Shown here: positions 1 through 12,000 of the stretch, one piece after another
Numbering within the stretch: the first letter of the stretch is position 1
Layout: every line of letters begins with the position of its first letter
Origin: an uncultured bacterium
GTDB lineage: Bacteria > Omnitrophota > Omnitrophia > Omnitrophales > Aquincolibacteriaceae
Assembly (NCBI GenBank): GCA_964482725.1
Contig: CAYZYT010000009.1
Span: 19,832 to 83,831, forward strand
Length of the DNA: 64,000 nucleotides
Direction of reading: 5' to 3'
Notes under the pieces: generated by a model
Database searches by the model: none
What the model was told of the DNA's origin: nothing
What the model saw: the letters and a program-made list of their open reading frames with translations, nothing else
Translations under genes and position numbers: made by a program

Positions 1-2
1 AA

Positions 3-3000
3 CTCATCGAGACGGCCGCTCCCGCACTTTCTGAAAAATATCAGTTGAGCCCCGATCAAGTTGCCAAAAGTGTTGTGCAAACCGTAAGCTCGAGCTCCGT
101 ATTTTCCGGCACCCTGACAGCCGATCAGCAAAAAGAAAATCCTTCGACGGTCCGTTTCACTCCGGCAGCGAGTTCTGAAATATCAACATCTCAAAATTCC
201 GCCATCATGAAAGCGGCTGCGACCATGGGGCGCGCGGAAGCCCTCCAGCTTGATCCCAGGACAGACGCGGGGCTCGGACAATCCGCCACGGACATCGACT
301 TCAGCGCCAGGGCTCCTGCAGTGCTTCGTGCTGAGATCCGCCCAAAGGCGGATTCATTCCAGACGCCCATCACGGTTCAAGTGGCGCCTTATCGTCAGAT
401 CAAAATGTGGGGCGAGGGGAAGCGGTTGAATATAGCCATTCCGGGCATTACGGTTGTCCCGCTCGATCTTCAGGAAAGTTCTGGCATGGATAAGGTGATT
501 GCCGTACGCCTGAGCGTTTTTGTGAAAGTTCCCGCGGCATCGAGCGAGGATGTTTTTAAAGCCTACAGGGGGGACGTTTCTTTGGCCGCGAAAAAAATCC
601 CGGCATTGGGAAAAAATAAAAGTATTGTTTTTATTCCCAAAACCCCCAAGTCCGCGGAAGTAAAGGATTACGAAAATTGGCAGAGGGTTGTGATCAGCGA
701 TAACCCTGTGAAGGTCGCCATCGATCTTGGAAAGGCGATAGAGATTTTTGTGAAGGCCCGTTCCGAGCAGCGGCGGCCGACCAAGTTTGAGCCCGTGGAT
801 CCTGACACCGTCAAAAAGATGATGGATTTTATGGCATTGATCCAGCGGCCCTTTGATTCCGGGATCCACTTCGGACTTTTCCTGGGCGTTGGGGAAATGC
901 TGGCGGGCGAGCCGGCTTCTATATTAGCGGCGATCCGGCGCGGGAATTCAGGGGAGGCTCAAATTCGTGTGAGATCGCTGATGGAACGACTGAACAAACG
1001 TGTCGTGGCGATGCCCCTCTACTTCAAGAACCTTCGGGCACTTGCTGAAAAACTGGCCGGGATGGAATTGATCGATCCAGAATATCTCGAGACTTTGCAA
1101 TCATCGCTTCGGAAGAAAGAAGAAAAAGCCAGGTCAGAAGAGAGTTCTCTTAAGTCTCAGCTCGGCAAGTCTCAGTACATCAAGCTTTCTTCGGCCACGG
1201 AGGAACGCTCTGAACTCAGAGAAAGACAGGTTTTTGAAGGGGACTTGACCACGGAGAAAACCGTTCGCGGGCATGCGGTCTTTCTTTCGGAGGATAAACA
1301 CGATTTTCAGTGGGCCATGGCCCCCGGTGGAGAATCTTTGGCTGAAACGGAGTATGAGACCTGGTTCAAGATCGTTCACGATGGGATCAACGAGCTTTTT
1401 CTTCCGCCTATGGCAAGGCATCTGAAAATCTTTATTCAAAAAAAGAGGGAAGAGGCAATAAAAAGCAAAAAGACATCCAGCGATCCCATGCTGAAGACTT
1501 CCCACCCGATCGCGCTGGTGCTGGGGGCGGTTCAGGACGGGGTTGCCAAGAATGATATCAAACAGCTTGAAAAAGGATCCGTGGAAGAGAGTCTCTTTCT
1601 TAAGTATGTTGAAGATATGGCGCGTATTTTTAAGATCCAGCGGCAGATCGTCCTTCGCTCGGGAGGCTCTGATGAAGCGGAAAAGATCATCAAGCGTCAG
1701 TTCAGTGTTGCCCTTGAGCTTATGGAGGAGAATATCGCACAAAAAGAGGAGGCACTGGACAGTCAGCGACGACGGCTTGCTTTTTTCCCGCATGCCGAGC
1801 AGCAATTGAAAGACAATGAGATGATCCTTCAGGAGGGACGGGAGGGTCCCACGCCGCTTGATGATGAATACAGGGAAGATCTTGAAGAGAAAAATGAAAA
1901 CTGGCGAGAGATCCTCGAGACGAAAGAGGAGGTCGTGAAGGCGGAAGGCCGTCATGATCTTCAGAAGATGGTTTTGAAGGGGCTGGAGAAACGATTAAAA
2001 CAAGGTGTGGAATCCGAACTGTATTTGGGGAAGACGGATGCGGAAGGGAACCCCCTTGCTCTAGGGATGAAAGACGGAGGGAGTTTGCCTTTTGTTATTT
2101 ATAGTTATGCCCTCAAAAATTTCTTGAGTAAGATTAAAAAATTTGATCTGGAGACAATCGAGGGGGCTCATGGGGCCCAGTCGAATCAGGATAGTGGTAC
2201 GGTTTTTCGTGATATTGCGATGGGTTTGACCGAACGACTGGAATTGGAAATGATCGGAGGCGTGGCGCCTCAGGAAAAAAATATTTCGATCATTTCAGAC
2301 GGAACTCAGCGGATTCTTTTTGTGAGGAGGCCGCTTTCAGCCAATGAGATCCTCCGGGAGGTTTCCCGGTATGGGGCCGACCTGGTCGGGATCGTGGCGA
2401 CTCAGAGCAGCGCCAGTGCCCACTGGGTCATTGTTGTCCGGGGAAGAAATTCCGCGCCTCCGATTTTGTTTCTTTCGGAAAAAAAATATAAGGATATGCT
2501 GAACAAGATCCAGCTCGATGAGGATGTGCTTCTTGTGCCGAGTGATGAAACGGTAGGGCGAGGCGTTTTGAAAACGAATCCTTCTCCCGAAGATTTGGAT
2601 AAGGCTCTTCGGGCCAAAAAAGAAGAAGACCTCTTGGCCCAGGGGGAGAGAAAAATCGGTCAGTTCCCGTTGGGTATTTCTGTCGGGGTCAATCTTAGCA
2701 CGCACGATATCGGAGATCCTCGGGCGAGCGGAGCCGATAATTCGGGGCTCGTCCGTAAAGACTTTTTGGATGATAAGACAAAAAGAGAGATCGAGGATGT
2801 CGGGCAGTCGATCGGGTCCGGCGACTTTAAGTTTGATGAGTGGCTCACGGTCCTGGAAAAATTAAATTTTTCCGACATGAGCAGCAAGGTCGATATTGAT
2901 TCGCTCATGAATAATTTTGTCGGCGTGCTTACGCCTGAGGCCGTGGGACGGATCCGGACCCTTTTAGGACATTTGCGGACGGTTGACGGAAGAGTCCTCC

Positions 3001-6000
3001 GCGACGATTTTTTTGAAGGCGGCAAGTACGTTCCTTTCCGGACCCTCGATCTTCAGCCCGACAGTAAAAATAAAGATCTCCTGGATGCGCTTAAGCGTCT
3101 TCATCGCCAATACCCGAAGGCCGGGCTCATCCAGCTTTCACCGGAAGAGCTCAAAAAGGATCCTCTGAGAAACGGGGTCACGGGATTTGATTTTTATCAA
3201 CATTCGAATTTGGGGAAGTTTTTTCTGATCTGGCAGGTTACGGCCCTTCTTATCGAATATGCCCAACATTTGGATTCGACGGATCAAAAAGATCCGGCGA
3301 AGCTGGCTATTCTTTTCCCCATGGTGGCTTCTCCCGAACAGTTGAAGTTCATTCAGCAGGAAATTCTTCCTGTTGCCCGAAAGCTGGCGGTTTTGAACTT
3401 TGAACGAACAGACGAATGGGATACGCAGTCTTTCCTCGCGGTGCAGGCGAAGGTCCAGAAGGCTTCCGACCGGGTTTCCTACGGAATGATGGTGGAAGTG
3501 ATGGATATCCTGAAAAATGAGTCTTTGATGGATTCCATGGTCCAAAACCCATTTGTGGAATTCTATGATATCGGGACTAACGACCTCGAAAAGGAGCTGT
3601 GGGAGAGTATTGTCAAGGCCCCCGTTGATCGAGATGTCGAAGAAGCTCAAAGGCTTTTCGGAAGATTGATGCCTGATCTGGTCATGGGGCTCGACCGTTT
3701 TGCGAGGAAATTGGCCGATTACAATATGGAAGCCGGTCGGGATCCTGCCCGGAAGCAGAAACGAATGTGCGTTTGCGGGCAGATGGGGGGGAACCAGAAA
3801 TTTCTGGCCTTGGTCGAGCGTTGGCGTCGTTTAAAAGTTCCGGTTTCTGTCAGCGTGGGTCCCGAAGACGTTAGCCATGTGCGTCACGCATTGCTGCGTT
3901 ATTCGCGCGTATCGCAATCCTCCTTGGATGAGGTGTTTGAGGTTCCAAACTATATCGATCGCCGGGCGGGAAAGTTGGCAAAGTCCCAAATGTTGATCTC
4001 AAAAAAATTCCTCAAGGTGGCTGAGGCCTGGCAGGAACGCTATGCCCGAATGGGCTACTATCATGGCTTTTACAGGGATTCCCTAGATCCCGTGACGGGG
4101 ATCGGTAGTTTTCGGGACATTCTGGTCATGCGGGATATTTACAAGCTCTTCGGAGGGAAACAGCCCGATCTTAAAGGAGCTGGAGTTGCTGAAGAGGAGG
4201 ATATGACGCGGGAGGAATTTGAAAAGCTTCTGAATTACGAGAAGGGGAAGAGCGGTCTTTTTGACGAGCAGGTTTGCGCGGCCTTACTGAGTGCTTATGA
4301 TTTTCTGAAAGGAGTGAGACAGGTCTACCGGGAAATGCAAGTGAAAGATCCTCAGAAATTTAAAGAGCCGTTCAATCTTCATACCGGAAATCTGAATGAC
4401 TTTCTCGAAGCTTATGAAGGAAAATTTGGCAAGCAGGAATGGTTGGCGAGGACTGATGCCCAACAGCGGCAGGACCAATTCTTTCGTCATTATTACGTCA
4501 TGGCGAATCATGTTTATACGTCACTGACGGGCATGGTCCACGAAGGCTACGAGGATCTTTTTGGGGCCGATTATGAAGATATCGGGCTTGTAACCGTCAT
4601 TCAGACGGAGAGGGATAGCCAACACAAAGAGGAGGCGATTCCCCTGAGGGTCCAACTTCGGAGCGGGATGTTCTTTAAGCGTGAGGTGGGGCACATTTAC
4701 CGGAAAGTCAAAGAGCTCTATATCCCTGAAGCTTATGAGAGGATGGCGTTCGAGCGCTTTTCGAGAAACCCCGCTCTGATGCTTGAGGTCTTTAGCCGGG
4801 CCGTGGTCGATGGGGACGAAGAGGTTCGTATCAGTTACGATCTCCAGAAGATCATGCGTCGGGCCATTCGGAATGCGGGTCCTGTCTCGTCCGGCGCGGA
4901 CGAGATGCTCTTTAAAAATCTGATCAAGGGCTTTTTTGCTCTCGATCATGACATCTCCTATCCGATTTGGCGCATGCACCGCTTCGGCTTTTTCTCGAAA
5001 TTTCTTCCTGATTATGATGCGATGCCCAATTTTTTCCCCGGCGACGGCCGCCGGAGCTCGGTGCATATCCAGACACTGAACGCCATGGAATTTCTGGAAA
5101 AGCTTTTCAATACGAAGGATTTCGCGTTCTTGCGGGCCGGGTTGGTGCTCCAGCAGTTGAAAGTGGATCCTCAAGATCTCACCACGCTCCGTCTGAGTCT
5201 TCTGATGCTCGGGATCGTTCGGGCCAAGTTACGCCTGAAGCCGGGGAATGTTCCGGCGCCGGCCGACATAAAAAAGATCGTCGCGGAGGCGCTTGCGGCC
5301 TTCGGGATATCCGGTCAGTCGGAGCAGGCTGAGCTTATTGCCTGGTTGATCGAGGGGGAACGGACGTTGAACCGCAATGATCTCTCCGCCCCTGAAAAGA
5401 TCCGAAAAGCGCTTGAAACGATCTTCTTGGAGGAAGGGAAAAACATTACCAGCAAAAAGTGGGACATGCTTTATCTCCTTACTTTTGTGATGAGAGCCGG
5501 CCGGGCGGAGCACGAAAAACTCGTTATGTTGAAACGCGAAGGGCCGGACTCCTCTTTGGCGAATTGCGACAAGCTTTATCTCGCCGGGAAGGTGCTGACC
5601 AAGATCTCGATCCCGCCGCAGGAGTTCGAGCAGCTTGTGGAAAAAACGCAGCGTTTGGAGCGGGATGGATTGCAGGAATTGAATCAGCCGGTCCTGATGC
5701 GGTTACTGACCGGTGAAAAAGCCGATCCGGAAGAGGAAATATCAAAGGCGTGGGCGGATTTTTCACGGAGGGAAGCCGATATTTTGGCCTATTATGAGCA
5801 AAACGAGATTCTCCCTTCCAAATACCGGGAAGCCCTCCATGCCGAAATAGACGCGATGGCGCATCAAAGGACTGTTTTCAAAACGATGTTCCTCAAGTAT
5901 GAAAAAATGGTCTCGCGCTATTACTGGAAAGGGCTCGATCCGGAAACGTTAACGCAGCAGCTTATTTGCTGCATTTCCCTGGAGGTTCTCCAGAGGCATG

Positions 6001-9000
6001 CGGATCACCGGCCGATCCTTCTTTTCAATGCGTTGCCGCAGCATTATTCGAATGCTTTTGAAATTGTATTTGGACGGGTGTCCGAAGATCCGGCGCTGCT
6101 AGCCATTTATTCCCGCATTCTCTACCAAAATGATTTTTCGATAGAAACCGTGAACATTCAAAGAGAAAAAGGCGAGGAAGGGAAGTTCATCGTTCGGTTC
6201 ATGGGGAGCTTTCCGCGTGGGAAACAGGACCTCAAGCCGGTGATGACCGCGATGCGAAAAGATCTGGCGGATATCCTTGATGCCCCGGGAGAAGCGAAAG
6301 AGAACCGGCCGGGTTGGTTCGAGGAACGGGTGCGTCGTCTTTATCGGTTGTTGGGGCCGTATTCGGAATTGGCTCTGTTCGCGGCGAATCAAAGGAATAA
6401 CCCGCTCTTTTTCAGAAATACGTTCAATCGCCATGGCGATCTGGCGGTTCAACGGAGCGGTGGGACGACCCCGACTACGGAAGTTGATTTTTTTGAAGGC
6501 GGAGGGAGAGGGAATTCTTCTTACAATACTCTCACGATCAGCACGGAAGATCGCCGGGGGCTCACCGCGCTTGTGACGAACTATCTATCCTTGATCCGGG
6601 GATTGAATATCTCCGATTTTTCTTTCGAAGATACCCTGGGGAAAAAGACCAAGATGATCGTTCGCCTGAATCATCCCCGAAAAGAAACATGGCAAGAGGC
6701 GCTCTTTTTCCGGATCGTCGGGATCTTTTTCTTTTGGAAGGCCCCTTGGAAAAAATCCAAAGATCGGCTTTCTGAAAAAGAAAAGACGCAGATCAAAGAA
6801 GAGTTGACGAACATGTTGGACGCTTTTGAAGCCGTTATTCATCGCGGACATTTCTTGAATACCTATGCCTTGAAGATCAATGCTTCGGGAACGGTCAATC
6901 CTGCGGATGTTGCGGAGAAATCTTCGGAGGCTTCATCGGAACCTGCTCCCATCGAGGTCGAAGAATCGACCGCGGAAGTGATGCCGAAAGGAGCCGTGAC
7001 GAAAGCCGTTGATTTGCCGGAAATCCCTACCGTCGGAGTGGACGATCCGTCGGCCCGCGAGTATACGATTCAGGGGAGTCTCGGTCTTCACGCGATGCCC
7101 TCGCAGTTGCTGGCTAAATTCGCAATCAATCAGTCTTTTCTTGACGAGGTGATTTTTGAGCAGAAGGGTATTCCAACGGACATGAAGTCCGTCCTCAGCC
7201 TTTTGGAGTTGGGTCAGCTATGGGGAGAGCCTGTTGTGATCAGGATCAAAGCCAAGCCGGAGGCGACGCCGGAGCAGCTCCAGGCGTTTTGGACCTGGAT
7301 TGAGGAGCTTCGGGATCCCGGAGATCCGAAAAATCTTCTCTTCTTTGCCCCGATCAAGCGGTCGGAGGTACGAGTTGAGGAAAAACAGTTTAGTGTCGGC
7401 AATCGCCTCGGTATCCATGTGCGCCCCGCGGGTGTTATCGTGACTCTGGCCGAGGCATACGCAGGCTCGCTCAAGATCAAGATCACTAAGAAGAAAGTCA
7501 CCGTCAATGCAGCAAGCATGATGGGGTTATTGACACTCGATGCCGGAAAGGGTGCCAAGGTTACCATTACCGTGGAAGGTCCCCAGGAGCAGGCTAAGGA
7601 ATTCTGGGACAAGCTCGCGTTGCTTGAGGAAGGGGGTGAGTCCCTTTTCCGTTCGGAGATCCGCGGCAAGGGAAAGATCCTGTTTGTGGATGACGATCCC
7701 GGCATTCAAATGACGGTCGCAGATTCCTTGGCTTTTGTGGGGGGCTACGAGGTGGAAAAGGCTTTCAGCGCCGACGAGGCCCTCGAAATATTGAAGAAAG
7801 GCGATTTTGTCCCCGATCTTATTATTTCGGATTTTTCTATGCCGGGGAAGACGGGCGGCGATCTTGTAAAGGCAATCCGTCTAAGCGCAAACGGGATCGC
7901 GAGAATCCCGGTGCTTATGTTCACGGCGGCCGCGGCACAAATGGATATAGAGAATCTTTATCGTGAGGGCCAGATCACCGGGACGGTGTCAAAAACAAGC
8001 GAGCCGGACAAATTCCACGCCCAGGTCGAGTGGATCCTTCAGAATGAGCAGAGTGTCCGGGAGATCCTGGCTCTTGCGGGGGAAGATGTTGCTGCCAAAG
8101 TTGCCCTGGATCAGGAGATCCTCCAATTTATGCTCCATCCAAACCAGAGCCCTCGCGTTCTAGCGAAACTCCTGGAATTAGGGATCCGTGAAGACGTTCC
8201 CCGATGGCAAGAAGTGCTTGGGGAAGTTCAAATACGCCTCCATCGCGACATCGCAAAAACGCAGGTCGCGCGGGGCCGCTCAGAAATACGGAATTTTACG
8301 GACGTGTTCAACTCTATTCTGATCGTGGATGATCGTTTGGCGAATCGTTATGCCAATGTCCAGATATTGAAAGCCCGAGGATTTAAAGGCGTGATCCATC
8401 AGGCTGCCAGTGCCGCCGAGGCCCGGGACATTATGAAGCAGCAGAAAGTCGACGTTTTGATCCTGGACAGGAAAATGCCTGGCATGCTGGGAACGGAATT
8501 TGCCCGGGAGATCCTTCGGCCGTCAGAAAAACTTGGAGTGAGCGTCGTTCTTTTTACCGCTCAAAAGAAAGAAGCGGAACAGGAATTATCGGGGATCGGT
8601 GATCGGGTTGTGATCGTAGAAAAAGAAGGGGATGATCCCGTGGGCAAGATAGTCAGCGCGCTGAATCAATTAGCCAACCGGTCCGAAACGCGGGAGATCA
8701 CTAATCGTCAGAGGATCGCGCATCTGATGTCCTATCTGGTCAATAACATGACGATGCCCTTAGTGATGGCCACAGATCGTGATGCGGTCAGCATGGAGAG
8801 CCTCAAGTCTTCGATCGGTGAGCTTGTCCTGCTATTCCGCATATTGGATGTGAAAGATATGGAGTCTCGTGGGGAAGAGCTTTTTATCCCCGCCGGGGAC
8901 GACAATGAGAACATTATTGTCCATAAAAAGACCATTGGTCTTGGCGGCAAAACGCCAGGTCAGATTTTTAAGGGAGAATCCTTGGAACAATTAGCGGCGG

Positions 9001-12000
9001 AGGTCCGGTTTGATTGGATCCTGGAAGATTTCAAGCCGGAGATCCTTGAGCTTCGTGGATGGAGGGACGCTCTTGCCATAAAGGCTGCGGCGGACCTGAG
9101 CGCTACGGAACGCAGGAACATCGCCCGTATGGCAGAGAAGATCCTTGAGAAAAGTCAGAAGACCGTAGCGCGATTGAGCCAAACCGTCACCCAAGTGAAA
9201 AAGATCCTTGTGGTCGATGATGATGTCGCGAATCGTGCTCTTTTAGAGAATCTTTTAAGGCGCCAGGGGTATACGGTCGTTGTGGCGACCAACGGAGCCG
9301 AGGCGATCAAGAAGCTTGAAGACGAACACGACATTGATTTTCTGATCACGGATTTTCACATGCCCGAGAAAACAGGCGGGGATATTCTCCAGGCGATGGC
9401 CGAGGGGAAACTTTCCAGAAAAATACCTTCAGCCCTCATGAGCGGCGGTTTGAGCGATAGCACGGTGGACCTAAAACTGTTCTGGGCGGAAGGCGTTTAT
9501 GTGGAGTTTCTTCAGAAACCCAACTTGATCAAGCCTCTCTTTGAGATCCTGAAGCGATTTGATGGCCCTGGTGCGGCGGGAGTTGGCCCGGCGAAAGCAG
9601 CCGGCTCCGAAGCTTCCTTTTCAGCGGAAGCCGTTTTAAGGATCAAGAAGATGCTGGAACTTGAAAATCGCGCCGGTGATGTGCTGGAGATGTATCAAAA
9701 AGATGTCGTTGAAGGCCGATTGCCCCGGGCGGCTTCGCTCAAACAGTTGCTAGCCTCGTTCAGGGACGGAGCGGAGAAAGAGTCTAATCTTTACAAGAGC
9801 GCAAGTTGGGTTTTAGGAGAAATAGGGGCCCGTTCCGAAATGCGGGAATCTTCCAACCGTCAAAAGATTATTAATTTGCTGCGTCATTCTCTGAGCGGGA
9901 GGATCCAAATTTTTGAAAGTGCCGAAGATGCCTCGTTCGTTTCGAAGGAAATTTTGAGAGAGACTGTGAGAGAGACCCTCGTAGTCTTTAGAGTTTTTGA
10001 TCTGGAGCTGTTTAAAGCCCGGGGAGGCCAGCTTTTTATCCCGAAAGATGACCCCAATGTATTTGCTTATCAGATCCCTTCCGCGCAGACCCGTGATGAT
10101 GGAAAAGGCGGGAGAGAGCCGGTGAAGGTCTATCAAACGTCTGTTTTTGGAGCGATGGAGAAAGGAAAAACGTTCAGTTTTTTAAATTCCGAGGATCAAG
10201 CGGCTCTGTATCAACTTTCGGAGGAAGTCGGTTTTGAGAAGATCCGTGCTGATTTTAATCCGCAAGTTGTAAAGTTGGAGGAATTCAAAAAAGAGCTTTC
10301 AACGACGGCGGATATAGCCCCTGAATTAAGATCAAGGATCAAGCTTCTTGGCAAAGAGCTCTTGGAAAAGATCGATGAACTTTCCGCGCCTTTGGCTGCG
10401 GAGCCGAGGACGATCACCGCGGTGCCGAAAAATAAGGCAAACTTGCATATTCTTGTGGTGGATGACGAAGACGGCATGCGAACGACGACGGCAAAGTTAT
10501 TGCGAAACAAGGGATATGTGGTCAGTACGGCAGTGAATGGCAAAGACGCCTTGGATAAGCTTCGAGCGGGAGGCATTGAGGGTGTGGTCTCGGATATCAC
10601 CATGCCTGAGATGGACGGGATAGCCTTGACGAATGCGATCATTGATGAGGGAATAAACGTCTTTATTTTTCTTGTAAGCGGTTATAGCTCTACGGACTTG
10701 GGTTTAGAAGGGTTCGCGAAAAAGGGGAAGAAAGTAGGGTTTTTCCAAAAACCCTATTCGCTCTCGGATTTAGACAAAGCAATCAAGGAACATGTCCGCT
10801 CGGAAGTGCGGGGAACGGAGAAAATTCAGAAGGATATTGCGGATCTGAACGGGAAGATCGTTGCCGAGATGGAAAGGATGAGTCTCCGGGTCCTGGGGAC
10901 AAAAGAGATGAAAAGGACTTCGGAAGGTCGTTCGCTTTATAGAACTTTTGATCATATGACGAGGAAAACCTCACGCGATCGTTATGTCAGCCTGGCCGAT
11001 CTGGAGTTTACTCAGCGGGACTTGGCCCTGTTTGTGCAGAATCATGCTCGTCAGGTTGCCTCTGAAAAGGCCGCGCTGGATGTTTTGGGCCGCCACCTGG
11101 ATAATCTCATCACGCAAAGAAAAAAGATCGAAGATCTCTACAAAGAACTTGGCGCGACGCGTTATGCCCCGGTTTCCACGGAGGCTGATAAACAGGCGGC
11201 GCTTGATTATATTCAGACGGCGGGGACTGTTTGGCAGATTGATCTACAGCGTTTGATCGAAAGTGTCCCCGAACAACAGACCCATTTACGGCCCTTATTG
11301 GAGTCTTTCACAGCGCCGCTCAAAACATGGATTTTGAAACCGGGATACGTTTCTCTCGAGAAGGAGCAGAGCCCGGAATATCTCGTTGGGATTTTGAATC
11401 GATTGCACAAGTATGAACGAACCGCATCGGGGGACCTTGCGGAGCATCACGAAGCTGGCACGAGGGATCTGATCACTGCGCCGCGTCGCCTTGAGATGTT
11501 CCAACTGGCCGAAGGGCTGAGCTATCTGATTGCGGCTTCGAAAAATCTGAAATGGGCTCAATCGGAATTCCCATTCGCTCGCGCGGAAGTGCGCGTGGCC
11601 GGAACTGCCGAATATAAAGAATCCGTACGGAATACCTTGCCCGTCGTTGTCGATTTACCTGTGGGGCTGGAAGTTGTTGCGGCGGCCGAGCAGCTGGGGG
11701 TCTATTCCGATCGAGGCATCGCCGCGGAACTTGAAGGGGGCATTTCCGAGGATAATATTAAGCAAGCCCGTCTTTGGATCGCGGTGAAAGTGCTCAAGGC
11801 CATGGGAGCCAGTGACGGACAGATCATGAATGAACGGCTGCGGTCATTCATGGACAAGGTGATGGCGTCGCTTCCGGGTCATATCAAAGCCGTGGCAGGC
11901 TTAGAGGCCGCGAAGGGACCGCAGTTCCACGTCTACCTGGAAGGTCTTAGTGAACAGGATTGGTCCGAGTTTGTCCGGAATTTCCCTGTGGTTTTGGGGA

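Noticed and set aside
45-47. TTG at 45 as the start of giant gene 1
   Set aside because: The frame is open upstream to the window edge and there is no RBS; the gene is truncated by the window.
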